Source of the DNA: Candidatus Latescibacterota bacterium | GTDB taxonomy: Bacteria; Latescibacterota; UBA2968; UBA8231 | DNA length: 64,000 nt | Reading direction: 5' to 3' | NCBI GenBank assembly: GCA_965261395.1 | Contig: OZ253462.1 | Location: forward strand, 782,889 to 846,888 | Part shown: positions 55,521-64,000 of the stretch, piece by piece | How the letters are laid out: every line of letters starts with the position of its first letter | Position numbering within the stretch: position 1 is the stretch's first letter | Notes under the pieces: generated by a model | Told to the model about the DNA's origin: nothing | Database searches by the model: none | What the model saw: only the letters and a program-made list of their open reading frames with translations | Translations under genes and position numbers: made by a program

Positions 55521-56174
55521 ATGGCCAATATCACCCGCATCCTTTTCATCGGCAACAGCTTCACCGCGCGCAACAATCTGCCCGGCCTCCTCGCCCAACT
55601 CGTCCATGCCGGCGGCAAAGGCGAGCTGGAATGCGAACTCATCAGCGCCGGCGGGGCCTCGCTCCGAATGCACTTGAACAAAGGCGAGGCGCAAACGCGC
55701 TTGCAGGCATCCGGCTGGGATTACGTCGTATTGCAGGAGCAAAGCACCCTGCCGGTAAAAAATCCCAAGCGCACCGGGGAAAACATCCGCGAGTTCGACG
55801 CCATAATTAAAGCAGCACAGGCGCAGACGGTACTCTACATGACTTGGGCGCGGCAAAACGCCCCCGAGACCCAAGCCGCCTTGAGCGAGACTTATACCGA
55901 AGCGGGGCGCGAGATCGGCGCGACCGTCGTGCCCGTGGGGCTAGCTTGGCGCGATTGCTTAGCGGCCCATCCCGCTATCGTCCTGCACGACAAGGACCAA
56001 AGCCATCCCAATCTCGCCGGATCCTATCTGGCAGCTTGTGCATTTTACGCGGCGCTCTTTATCGGCCGGTCCAAGTCCATTCCCAACATCGCCATTGACC
56101 TAGACACCGAAACGGTCAACGCCCTCCACGAAGCTGCGCTGGCAACGACGCGTATCTACAGCGTCTCCGCGTAG
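55521..56174 (+). CDS. SGNH/GDSL-type hydrolase-like protein
   Basis: ILFIGNSFT block I motif. 217 aa. A late DQSHPN could be the catalytic Asp/His block. Confidence 0.65.
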   Translation: MANITRILFIGNSFTARNNLPGLLAQLVHAGGKGELECELISAGGASLRMHLNKGEAQTRLQASGWDYVVLQEQSTLPVKNPKRTGENIREFDAIIKAAQAQTVLYMTWARQNAPETQAALSETYTEAGREIGATVVPVGLAWRDCLAAHPAIVLHDKDQSHPNLAGSYLAACAFYAALFIGRSKSIPNIAIDLDTETVNALHEAALATTRIYSVSA

Positions 56175-56188
56175 AGGAGTTCCCCCCT

Positions 56189-56641
56189 ATGAGTGCTTTT
56201 GCAAGCGAGTACTACCTGTGGCTCAAAGCTATCCACATCATCTTCGTCATCGCTTGGATGGTCGGCATGTTTTATCTGCCGCGCCTCTATGTCTATCACT
56301 GCCAAGTCACCCCTAACTCCGAAGCCGACGAGACGTTCAAGGTCATGGAGCGCAAGTTGCTGAAGGTGATTATGAATCCGGCGATGATCGTTTCTTTTAT
56401 AACCGGCATTCTGTTAATCATCGCCACGGGTGCAGGCGCGCCCGGCACCGGCTACTGGATGCACATCAAGTTAGTGCTAGTGCTCGGCATGGGTGCCGTC
56501 CACGGCATGCTCTCTTCCTACCGCAAGGCTTTTGCACGCGGTGAGAACCAAAAGAGCGAGCAGTTTTTCCGCTGCCTCAATGAAGTGCCCACTGTCTTGG
56601 TGATCGCCATTGTAATTCTAGTTGTGGTCAAGTTCATCTGA
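56189..56641 (+). CDS. hemJ: protoporphyrinogen IX oxidase HemJ (UPF0093 family)
   Basis: YLWLKAIHIIFVIAWMVGMFYLPRLYVYH is the hallmark HemJ N-terminal block. Four or five TM segments. 150 aa. Confidence 0.8.
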   Translation: MSAFASEYYLWLKAIHIIFVIAWMVGMFYLPRLYVYHCQVTPNSEADETFKVMERKLLKVIMNPAMIVSFITGILLIIATGAGAPGTGYWMHIKLVLVLGMGAVHGMLSSYRKAFARGENQKSEQFFRCLNEVPTVLVIAIVILVVVKFI

Positions 56642-56739
56642 GGATGGGGGAATCGGCGCGTTCCCTGCTTGATTCAGAGCCTCAATTTCCTTATACCATC
56701 GCGGTGCATTTCCGCGACCCATTTATCAAGGAGAAACCC

Positions 56740-57717
56740 ATGAAATCGCTCACTTCGGCGGTGCTCGTGCTCGCCCTGTCCCTGCCGTGCTTTTCCCAGA
56801 CCCGCGAACAAGGACCTTGGTGGCCCTCGCAATGGGGGGCCGACGACCAAGCCGGCGCATCCAACCGCATTACCGCCGCAACCATCCTCAAGGCCGTACA
56901 GCTAGTAAAGACCGGCAAGATGTACGAGCTAGGCCAAGTTTACGAGCGCGGCATGCCGCTGTTTGGCGAGCGCACGTATGCGATGTTCATCCCCGGATCG
57001 CCCACCGGTGGCCCCTTCGGCGAGAACAATATGCTGATGTACCACGACGAGTTCCTCTGCGCCGAGATCGGCCAAGTAGGCACTCAGTTCGATGGGCTGG
57101 CCCACATTGGCACGCGCATGAAGATGGCCGACGGCTCGACCCAAGACGTATTCTACAACGGCGTTACTGCCGATGAAATGGCTGGAGCTTACGGCGTCAC
57201 CAAGCTGGGCATTGAACATGTGCGCTCCTTTGTCACCCGCGGCGTGCTCATCGACATTGCCGGCTACAAGGGCGTCGAGCACCTCGACCACAGCTATGAG
57301 GTCACCGTCGCCGATATCCGCGGCGCGCTCGCAAAGCAAGGGATCGCCGAAAGCAGCATCCAAGAGGGCGACGCCCTGCTCTTCAACTACGGCTGGTCCA
57401 AGCTGTGGAAGGATGCTGAAACCTACAACACCAACCCGCCCGGCATCGGCATGGAGGCCAGCGAGTGGATCATCTCTATGAAACCCTCGATGATCGGCAC
57501 GGATCAGTGGACCACCGAAGTCGTGCCCGGTCCCGACCCCAAGCAGGCCTTCCCGGTCCACCAAGAACTCATCCCCAAGAACGGCATCTTCAACCTGGAG
57601 AACATGGTCTTTGAAGAAGTGTTGGCCGACGAGGTGTACGAGTTTCTCTTCATATTCACGCCGACCCGCTTCAAAGGCGGCACTGGATCGCCAGGACGGC
57701 CGATCGCCATCCACTGA
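56740..57717 (+). CDS. secreted cyclase-family protein (kynurenine-formamidase-like)
   Basis: Start trimmed to ATG 56740 (AAGGAG at 56728-56733). Signal peptide MKSLTSAVLVLALSLPCFS, then DQAGASNRIT, HDEFLCAEIGQVGTQFDGLAHIG, GVLIDIAG. Confidence 0.8.
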   Translation: MKSLTSAVLVLALSLPCFSQTREQGPWWPSQWGADDQAGASNRITAATILKAVQLVKTGKMYELGQVYERGMPLFGERTYAMFIPGSPTGGPFGENNMLMYHDEFLCAEIGQVGTQFDGLAHIGTRMKMADGSTQDVFYNGVTADEMAGAYGVTKLGIEHVRSFVTRGVLIDIAGYKGVEHLDHSYEVTVADIRGALAKQGIAESSIQEGDALLFNYGWSKLWKDAETYNTNPPGIGMEASEWIISMKPSMIGTDQWTTEVVPGPDPKQAFPVHQELIPKNGIFNLENMVFEEVLADEVYEFLFIFTPTRFKGGTGSPGRPIAIH

Positions 57718-57730
57718 ACTGGAAATGGAG

Positions 57731-57760
57731 AACCCCGCGTCGAAAAGGCGCGGGGTTTTT
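57731..57760 (+). terminator. Rho-independent terminator
   Basis: AACCCCGCG - TCGAAAAGG - CGCGGGGTT followed by TTT, 14 nt after the cyclase stop. Confidence 0.75.
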
Positions 57761-57776
57761 AACACCCAAGACCTCT

Positions 57777-58883
57777 ATGCAAGCATCCCAATATCCCACT
57801 CCACCCAGTCGCCTGCACGACCTCTTGCGCCCCGAAGTCCTAGCCGCCTTCGACCGCACCTTCTTTGAGCGGGAAGGCTATTGGGTCTGGGAGGGCGTCC
57901 TAACCGACGCCGGGCAACAGCGCTGGACGGCCAGCCTGCAAAAGCTACAACGGATGAACGACGCCGTTGTAGTAGATACCGATTGGGCCGCCATGGACTA
58001 CGCGAGCCGTGGGTTGCCCAAACCGACACCGGAGCAGACGACTCCTGAGTTCCTGTCCGCCTGTTGCGGCGGATCGGAGCAGATGCGCTTTATGTCGTCG
58101 AAACTCCGCGCCTATATGTACGAACAGGGGCTTTTCGGACCTGGTTCCGCGCCGGTCTCCGCGGAATTCGAGTGGCAGGGGATGATGCCCGAATACTTTC
58201 CGCTCGCCTACGACGATTTTATCCTCGACGCCACCACCAGCCACCCGCAGATGATGGAACTGTTCGGTCAGCTCCTCGGCGAGCGCTTCCTGATTGACCA
58301 CTGCCTGATGCTCAACCGGCCTGCGGGATCGAGAGGGCGACGCTGGCACGCGCACCCGTATCGCCAAGGGCAGTACGAAAGCGAAAGCGCAATCGGCGAC
58401 GGCCACGCGCTAACCACCCAATTCCTAGCGCAGCAATGCGTCCGCACCCTGTGCTATCCCGAAGGGATGGGGATCGGCGACGGAGGCGGTGAGTTGGCCG
58501 TTATCCCCGGTTCCCACCTCTATCGCATTCCCTATCGGTGGAATTCCACGAGGCCCGAATACGACGACGAAATGCAGACCAACTGGATAGCGGGTAAAAT
58601 CCACGCCTTTACCGGCGAACCTTTGCGGATTGAGCGCTTGTCGCTGCCGCCCGGCAGCATGGTTTCCTTCGTTCACCATATGCCGCATCACGTCGGCCAC
58701 CGCGACCCGGATGCGCCCACTCGCTGGGGTCTGCTGATGGCCTACCGGACTCCCGACTCCAAAGCGAGTCCGGCCAAATGGAACGAAGGGACGCCCGCCC
58801 ATTGGGCCGAGCGCATGGAAGCGGCGAGCAGGCTCACTCCTGCAATGCGCCGGATATTCGAAGGGGATCATTCTTTGGCTTAG
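57777..58883 (+). CDS. divergent PhyH-like dioxygenase (WHAH variant)
   Basis: FFEREGYWVWEGVL N-terminus, RRWHAHPY at the HxD position, CYPEGMGIGDGGGELAVIPGSH, FVHHMPHHVGH. 368 aa. Confidence 0.65.
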   Translation: MQASQYPTPPSRLHDLLRPEVLAAFDRTFFEREGYWVWEGVLTDAGQQRWTASLQKLQRMNDAVVVDTDWAAMDYASRGLPKPTPEQTTPEFLSACCGGSEQMRFMSSKLRAYMYEQGLFGPGSAPVSAEFEWQGMMPEYFPLAYDDFILDATTSHPQMMELFGQLLGERFLIDHCLMLNRPAGSRGRRWHAHPYRQGQYESESAIGDGHALTTQFLAQQCVRTLCYPEGMGIGDGGGELAVIPGSHLYRIPYRWNSTRPEYDDEMQTNWIAGKIHAFTGEPLRIERLSLPPGSMVSFVHHMPHHVGHRDPDAPTRWGLLMAYRTPDSKASPAKWNEGTPAHWAERMEAASRLTPAMRRIFEGDHSLA

Positions 58884-58994
58884 GGGACGCCTTTATCCTT
58901 TAATCCGATGTTCAAGCTTATGGAGCTACGACTGGCGGCTCCCGTCTATAAAGTCCTATACTATCGCCATATCGCATCCACGAGGAGATACGCC

Positions 58995-60953
58995 ATGCTC
59001 GTTTCCCTACTCCTTGCCCTCGCCCTGCTCGCTCCACCGTTACTAGCCGATTCCACCAGCGAATGGCGTTCATACGGCGCGACAACGGCCAGCACCAAAT
59101 ACGCCCCTTTCGACCAAATCGACGCCACCAATTTCGCTCAGTTAGAAATAGCTTGGACTTGGGCCTCAGCCGATCAGCCCATCCTCGACGCCCATCCAGA
59201 AATCTGGACCATGGTCTTTGAGGGCACACCCCTCCAAGTCGGCGACAAACTCTACGTTAGCACCTCGCTCAACCTAGTCGTCGCCCTCGACGCCGCAAGC
59301 GGCAAAACAATCTGGACCTACGACCCAGGTACCTGGAGGTCGGGCACGCCAGCCAACGTCGGCCTAGTCCACCGCGGCGTCTCCTACTGGGAGGACGGCG
59401 ACGACCGTCGCATTGTCTTTGGCACCGGCGACGCCTATCTCATCGCCCTCAACGCCGACATCGGCCAACCCATCCAGAGCTTTGGCGACGGTGGCCGCGT
59501 CGATTTGACCAAGGGCCTGCGCCGACCGGTCGCACGCGAACTCTACGCGGTCACCTCGCCGCCGGTCATCTGCGGCGACATCGCTGTCGTCGGCGCGGTG
59601 GTTCTCGACGCCTTTGCCGTTGGTCGCCCGCCCGACGAGACCATGCCCCCAGGCGATGTGCGCGGCTTCGACGTGCGCACCGGCGCACAAACGTGGGTCT
59701 TTGAAACCATCCCACAGGAGGGGGCCTTCGGCAACGAGACTTGGGAAGACGGCTCGTGGAAAAATACCGGTAACACCAATGTCTGGACCCTGATGAGCGC
59801 CGATCCCGAATTGGGTTATGTCTATTTGCCGGTGAGCACCCCGACCAACGACTACTATGGCGGGCACCGCCCCGGCGACAATCTCTTCGCCGAGAGCCTC
59901 GTCTGCCTCGACGCCGCTACGGGCGCGCGCGTCTGGCACTTTCAGACCACCCACCACGGGATGTGGGACTACGATCTGCCGGCTGCGCCCAACCTCGTCG
60001 ATATCAAAGTCGGGGATCGGGAAATCAAGGCCGTGGCCCAAGTCACCAAACAGGGCTTCTGCTTCGTCTTTGATCGCCAAACGGGCGAGCCAATCTGGCC
60101 CATCGAGGAAAAACCCGTACCGCAATCCGACATCCCCGGCGAAAAGTCCTCGCCTACCCAACCCATTCCCAGCAAGCCAGCCGCCTTCGAGCGCCAGGGC
60201 CTGACTGGGGACGATTTGATCGACTTTACGCCAACCCTGCGCCAGATGGCCAGGACCATCGCGGCAGATTACAGCTACGGCCCGCTCTACATGGCGCAGA
60301 CAATGGAGAGCATGGATAAGAAGGGGACGATCCTCGTCCCCGGCATTATCGGCGGAGCGAGCTGGGCCGGTGCTGCGGTCAATCCCCATAAAGGCATAAT
60401 CTACATTCCGTCCTATACGTTCCCGGCCGTGCTGACCCTGACCGAAGCCACCGACCCCAACGCCCCCTTCCGCTATACCGGCGGGGTAGAATTCGGCCCC
60501 GACGGCCCGCGTGGCCTGCCCTTGCTCAAGCCGCCTTACGGCCGGATCACCGCCATTGACCTCAACACCGGCGAGCATCGCTGGCAGGTCCCCGTGGGCG
60601 AGGGACCGCGCGACCATCCCAGCCTTGCCCATCTCGACCTGCCGCCCTTGGGCTGGGCACAGCGCAACTTCCCCATCATCACCGAGAGCTTGCTCTTTGC
60701 CGCGACTCAGGCGCAGTGGGACGTAGTCAACAACTCGCCCCGAGGCAACGCCGTCGAGGTCAAGACCAAGACCAATGCACCCTATCTCTGGGCCTTCGAC
60801 CCGGACGACGGCGCGCTGATCGGCAAAGTCGAGCTACCGCGCAACGCCTCGGGCCAGCCCATCACTTATATGGCCGGCGGCAAGCAATACATCGCCATCC
60901 CCACCGGTGGGGCCGACCAGCCAGCCGAGTTGGTGGCGCTGAGTCTGCCTTGA
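58995..60953 (+). CDS. PQQ-dependent dehydrogenase (quinoprotein beta-propeller)
   Basis: Start trimmed to ATG 58995 (GAGGAG at 58982-58987). Signal peptide MLVSLLLALALLAPPLLA, then EWRSYGATTASTKYAPFDQIDATNFAQLEIAWTW, and repeated W-containing propeller blades. Confidence 0.85.
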   Translation: MLVSLLLALALLAPPLLADSTSEWRSYGATTASTKYAPFDQIDATNFAQLEIAWTWASADQPILDAHPEIWTMVFEGTPLQVGDKLYVSTSLNLVVALDAASGKTIWTYDPGTWRSGTPANVGLVHRGVSYWEDGDDRRIVFGTGDAYLIALNADIGQPIQSFGDGGRVDLTKGLRRPVARELYAVTSPPVICGDIAVVGAVVLDAFAVGRPPDETMPPGDVRGFDVRTGAQTWVFETIPQEGAFGNETWEDGSWKNTGNTNVWTLMSADPELGYVYLPVSTPTNDYYGGHRPGDNLFAESLVCLDAATGARVWHFQTTHHGMWDYDLPAAPNLVDIKVGDREIKAVAQVTKQGFCFVFDRQTGEPIWPIEEKPVPQSDIPGEKSSPTQPIPSKPAAFERQGLTGDDLIDFTPTLRQMARTIAADYSYGPLYMAQTMESMDKKGTILVPGIIGGASWAGAAVNPHKGIIYIPSYTFPAVLTLTEATDPNAPFRYTGGVEFGPDGPRGLPLLKPPYGRITAIDLNTGEHRWQVPVGEGPRDHPSLAHLDLPPLGWAQRNFPIITESLLFAATQAQWDVVNNSPRGNAVEVKTKTNAPYLWAFDPDDGALIGKVELPRNASGQPITYMAGGKQYIAIPTGGADQPAELVALSLP

Positions 60954-60971
60954 TAAGGAAGGACCGTGCGC

Positions 60972-61067
60972 ATGAATTCCCTCTTCCGCCTCGACGCCTC
61001 CTCTTCAGCCAACCTAGAATTCTTCCACCAAGACGGATTCACCGCCATGCCTCGGGTATCCATTTGA
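60972..61067 (+). pseudogene. 31-codon fragment of a PhyH paralog 5' end
   Basis: MNSLFRLDASSSANLEFFHQDGFTAMPRVSI* compared with MNSLFRQQAPSSADLDSFHQDGYIFYPDV at 62394. Confidence 0.5.
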
Positions 61068-61116
61068 TAAGCACCAACCATCTCCGTCGTCGCTTTAGTA
61101 CCCACCGTCCATCTCA

Positions 61117-62397
61117 ATGAACTTTTTTCGCGGCTTCTCGCTCAAAATCACCTGTACCTTGCTGGTGTTTGCCTTGGGCTTTGCCAACTCGGTGCTGCTG
61201 GCCGGCCAACTAGGGAGGGAACAGTATGGCGTTCTAGCGGTATGGATCAACATCGTCATGCTGGGATCACTGCTCTTGGGGGACTGGCTCAACAAGGGGA
61301 ACATCTACATAGTGGGGCGAGAGCGGGCGCGGGAGGCTGCGATCAATCACACCCTATTATACGGTCTCACGTTGGGTGCCCTCCTCTTGCTGAGTGCCCC
61401 TTTTAGCCTGAAGATCGCCAACCTTTTGCTTCCCGGCATTACCTTGGTCCAATGGGTCTTAGGCGTCGGCGTAATTGCGCTCACCGTGCTGCAAAACGCT
61501 GGACTTTCCATCCTTTTAGGCGAAGACCGACTCAAGCTCCACGCGCTACTACCCGTGATTTTTATCGTCGTCTATCTCGGCGGCAACCTAGTCCTTTTTC
61601 AGCTAGGGCACTTCCGCTTGGAATGGGTGATGGGGATCTGGATAGGAGCGGTAGGGGCAACGGCACTGGCGGCTTTGGTGCCTTTTCTGTACAACAGCGG
61701 GTTTCGCTTTAAGTGGGGAGGCCGATACTGGCTGGAGCAGATATTCCGAGTTGGCTCGCGTGGCGAGGTTTGCGCCGTGCTCATTTTCTTGATGCTCAAA
61801 AGCGACCTCTTTTTGATCCGCCACTTTTTGGGCGAGGAAGAAGTCGGCGTGTACAGGGTGGCGACGAACTTTACAGACATGGTGCAGCGCGTGCCCAACG
61901 TTGCTTCCCTCGTCCTCCTCGCCAAGATAGTGCGCGGCCAAGGCAGCACGCGGCTCTCCTTGAACATCGCACAGGGGGTATTTGCATTTGCTCTCCTTTC
62001 GGCTGTTGGCTTGGTCCTCGGCGGACGCCCGCTATTGAGCATTTTCTTCCCCTTGTATCCAGATGCCTACGCGCCTCTTGTTTGGCTGTTGCCCGGCATG
62101 TTGTTTTTGGGTTGCGGGGCCGTGTTCAACGCCAAGCTAATGGGCGAGGGCTACCCCTCCATAACCCTCTGGGCACCGGGCGTCGCGCTGGCGGCCAACT
62201 TGGCCCTGAACCTATTGTTGATCCCCAAGCTGGGCCTGCGCGGTGCCGCCCTATCTACTTCGCTGGCGTATGCGTTATGGGGCGTGCTGACGGCTTCTTA
62301 TTTCCTTCGTCTAAACCGGCTGAGCTGGCGGGCTGTCTTCGCGCCGCCCTCTTTTGGGCGAGAGGAACCGTCGACGCTCTCAAAGGAATCGCCATGA
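61117..62397 (+). CDS. MOP-superfamily polysaccharide/oligosaccharide flippase (Wzx-like)
   Basis: 426 aa with about 12-14 TM segments. General Wzx-like layout with a charged loop VGSRGE...FLGEEEVGVYRVA in the middle. Confidence 0.75.
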   Translation: MNFFRGFSLKITCTLLVFALGFANSVLLAGQLGREQYGVLAVWINIVMLGSLLLGDWLNKGNIYIVGRERAREAAINHTLLYGLTLGALLLLSAPFSLKIANLLLPGITLVQWVLGVGVIALTVLQNAGLSILLGEDRLKLHALLPVIFIVVYLGGNLVLFQLGHFRLEWVMGIWIGAVGATALAALVPFLYNSGFRFKWGGRYWLEQIFRVGSRGEVCAVLIFLMLKSDLFLIRHFLGEEEVGVYRVATNFTDMVQRVPNVASLVLLAKIVRGQGSTRLSLNIAQGVFAFALLSAVGLVLGGRPLLSIFFPLYPDAYAPLVWLLPGMLFLGCGAVFNAKLMGEGYPSITLWAPGVALAANLALNLLLIPKLGLRGAALSTSLAYALWGVLTASYFLRLNRLSWRAVFAPPSFGREEPSTLSKESP

Positions 62398-63212
62398 ACT
62401 CACTATTTCGCCAACAAGCTCCCTCCTCAGCCGACTTGGACTCCTTCCACCAAGACGGCTATATCTTCTACCCGGACGTACTCAAGGACGAGGCCCGGCG
62501 CAGCCTAACCAACGAAATCCTCGGCCTCGACTCGGTGCGCCACTACCTCGACGCCTTGGACGAAAAGTCCGCCGCGCCCCAATCCTACTTCGTCCGCCCC
62601 TGGAACGACCGCGGCCCATGCGGCGACCACCTCATAGACGATCCCTTTGTCACCGCGCTGCTGCAAGCTACCATCGGCCCAAGCTACCACTTCTGCCACT
62701 CCGCTCTCAACCTTGCCCCGCGTGGCATAGGCCCCGTTCCCTACCACCAAGATCACCACCACTGGAAGCACGAAAACCCCATCAACCTCGCCGAGCGCGA
62801 CAAGTACTACATCCAAATTCTCTACTATCCCAATGGCTTCACACTCGGCGACCGCAACCTCAAGGTCATTCCCGGCAGCCACCTCGTCGCCCCGACCGCA
62901 GAGGCCACGCCTGAACGCATGCTGGCCGGGGCATACGACGCAGAGGCCGGGCGCGAGCTAAAAGAGATGCGGCTCGCAGTGCCTCCGGGCAGCATGGTCT
63001 ATATCAACGCGCGGATTTTCCACGCCGTCGAAGCCAAACCCGCCGACTCCCCTCAGCCCTATCGCATCTTCAACATCGACATCTTCAAAGAAGCTGGGCC
63101 GCCGCATCGCTATACTCAGGAGATCCCGCCCGAATGGATTGCACGCGCCAATCCCCAACGCAAAAGACTCTTTCTCCGCGAGCCTTATACGGAAGGATGT
63201 TGGACGGCCTGA
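62394..63212 (+). CDS. PhyH-family Fe(II)/2OG dioxygenase
   Basis: Start trimmed to ATG 62394 (ATGA overlap with the flippase stop). FHQDGYIFYPDVL, PYHQDHHHW (HxD), LYYPNGFTLGDRNLKVIPGSH, ARIFHAVEA. The 499-aa track ORF is an over-extension. Confidence 0.85.
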   Translation: MNSLFRQQAPSSADLDSFHQDGYIFYPDVLKDEARRSLTNEILGLDSVRHYLDALDEKSAAPQSYFVRPWNDRGPCGDHLIDDPFVTALLQATIGPSYHFCHSALNLAPRGIGPVPYHQDHHHWKHENPINLAERDKYYIQILYYPNGFTLGDRNLKVIPGSHLVAPTAEATPERMLAGAYDAEAGRELKEMRLAVPPGSMVYINARIFHAVEAKPADSPQPYRIFNIDIFKEAGPPHRYTQEIPPEWIARANPQRKRLFLREPYTEGCWTA

Positions 63213-63321
63213 GCGTTTTTCGGCTAGGCATGGCAGCACTCGACTCAAGACATTACAATACCACCTTACACTGTCTGCGGCGCACAGGAGCAAGTGCCGT
63301 GTTCGCTATAGGAGCTTTACC

Positions 63322-64000
63322 ATGAGAGTAGCCGCCATCGCCACCATCTACCATCCCAAGTCGCATGCCGACGTCATTGCCACCAAGTTTATGAAGGGCA
63401 TGTCCACGGACGAGGGCCTGATGCCCCCAGAAGTGGACCTAGTATCCTTGTACATCGACCATGTGCTGGAAAACGATATCGGCGTGGGCTTGGCCCAAGA
63501 GTATGGGGTCCCCATCTATCCCAGCATCCGCCGCGCCCTGCACGCTGGTGCCGACCGGCTCAATGTAGATGCGGTACTGCTCATCGGTGAGCACGGCGAC
63601 TACCCCTGGAACGAGCGGGGCCGCCACATGTACCCGCGCCGCTATTTCTTTGAGCAAATCGCTGGCGTCTTTGCCGAGAGCGGCCGCTCGGTGCCCGTAT
63701 TTTCAGATAAGCATTTAGCGTATGACTTTAGGGACGCCCAGTGGATGTGGGACCGGGCTGGAGAATTGGCCATCCCGCTGATGGCCGGGTCGTCGCTGCC
63801 CTTGGCTTGGCGCTCTCCTTGGCTGGAGCATCCCAAGGATGCGCCCATTGAGGAAGCGCTCTCCATCGGCTACGGCGGCATCGAGGCATATGGGTACCAC
63901 GCTTTAGAAACTTTGCAGTGCATGGTCGAGCGGCGGCGCGGTGGCGAGCAGGGGGTGGGGTGGGTGCAGTGCCTCGAAGGGGACGACGTGTGGCGCGCCC
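63322..64000 (+). CDS. conserved hypothetical protein (3' end beyond the window)
   Basis: AGGAG at 63310-63314, ATG at 63322, open to the window edge. MRVAAIATIYHPKSHADVIATKFMKG... No family assigned with confidence. Confidence 0.55.
   Translation, partial: MRVAAIATIYHPKSHADVIATKFMKGMSTDEGLMPPEVDLVSLYIDHVLENDIGVGLAQEYGVPIYPSIRRALHAGADRLNVDAVLLIGEHGDYPWNERGRHMYPRRYFFEQIAGVFAESGRSVPVFSDKHLAYDFRDAQWMWDRAGELAIPLMAGSSLPLAWRSPWLEHPKDAPIEEALSIGYGGIEAYGYHALETLQCMVERRRGGEQGVGWVQCLEGDDVWRA

Noticed and set aside
809-60632. Numerous long ORFs antisense to, or out of frame with, the called genes. Examples: 809..1633 (-), 2356..3309 (+), 16959..17987 (-), 25784..26542 (-), 42905..43729 (+), 52834..53976 (+), 56929..57765 (-), 59364..60632 (-).
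   Set aside because: They are typical high-GC shadow ORFs. Their translations are Arg/Ala/Gly/Pro-rich and low in complexity, with no recognisable motifs. Each fully overlaps a gene with clear family signatures on the other strand or frame.
61713-63212. A 499-aa ORF in the track that suggests a large protein overlapping the flippase gene.
   Set aside because: The first 227 codons or so are an Arg/Pro-rich out-of-frame read-through of the flippase gene. The PhyH homology begins at ATG 62394, which forms an ATGA overlap with the flippase stop.

Overview
High-GC (about 60% by eye) bacterial chromosomal segment with about 60 credible genes. No rRNA, tRNA or CRISPR array was seen. All family calls come from motifs I recognise in the translated ORFs. 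No database search was possible.

**Main content**
1. The window holds 13 full-length PhyH-type (phytanoyl-CoA dioxygenase-like) Fe(II)/2-oxoglutarate dioxygenase paralogs and 2 fragments. They fall into several sequence subgroups. Two carry C-terminal HEAT repeats, and four lack an obvious canonical HxD motif.
2. These dioxygenases are interleaved with redundant sugar-acid catabolic enzymes:
   - 3 enolase-superfamily dehydratases, 3 HpcH/HpaI aldolases, an IlvD/Edd dehydratase and UxuA
   - 2 aldo/keto reductases, a 2-hydroxyacid dehydrogenase, RidA and a PQQ dehydrogenase
   - glycan-active proteins (BNR sialidase-like, GH42-like, DUF4038-like) and transporters (SSF, EamA, Wzx-like)
3. An accessory island lies at about 12.85-23.2 kb. 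It contains:
   - one intact and two decayed IS982-family copies
   - a giant Calx-beta/cohesin surface protein with a T9SS C-terminal sorting domain, split by an IS30-family insertion
   - a lower-GC eukaryote-like LRR lipoprotein
   - a 12-bp microsatellite
   - an HTH-DUF433 antitoxin whose PIN-like toxin carries an in-frame TAG
4. A second low-GC islet lies at about 29.2-31.75 kb. It has another DUF433 gene with a truncated toxin, then small ORFs that each follow a shared 20-nt motif at a fixed distance. One copy of the motif forms a perfect 22-bp-arm palindrome.

**Gene-fragment duplications and truncations**
- An SGNH hydrolase promoter and 5' end is duplicated.
- A PhyH 5' end is duplicated.
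- An epimerase gene is 5'-truncated.
- A PhyH N-terminal fragment is present.
- A redoxin C-terminal fragment is present.

These point to repeated cut-and-paste remodelling around the dioxygenase genes. Many adjacent genes overlap by 4 nt (ATGA or GTGA), which suggests translational coupling. T9SS-type sorting signals, eukaryote-like repeat proteins and the PhyH expansion suggest an uncultivated FCB/PVC-like, possibly host-associated, lineage. That assignment is inference only.
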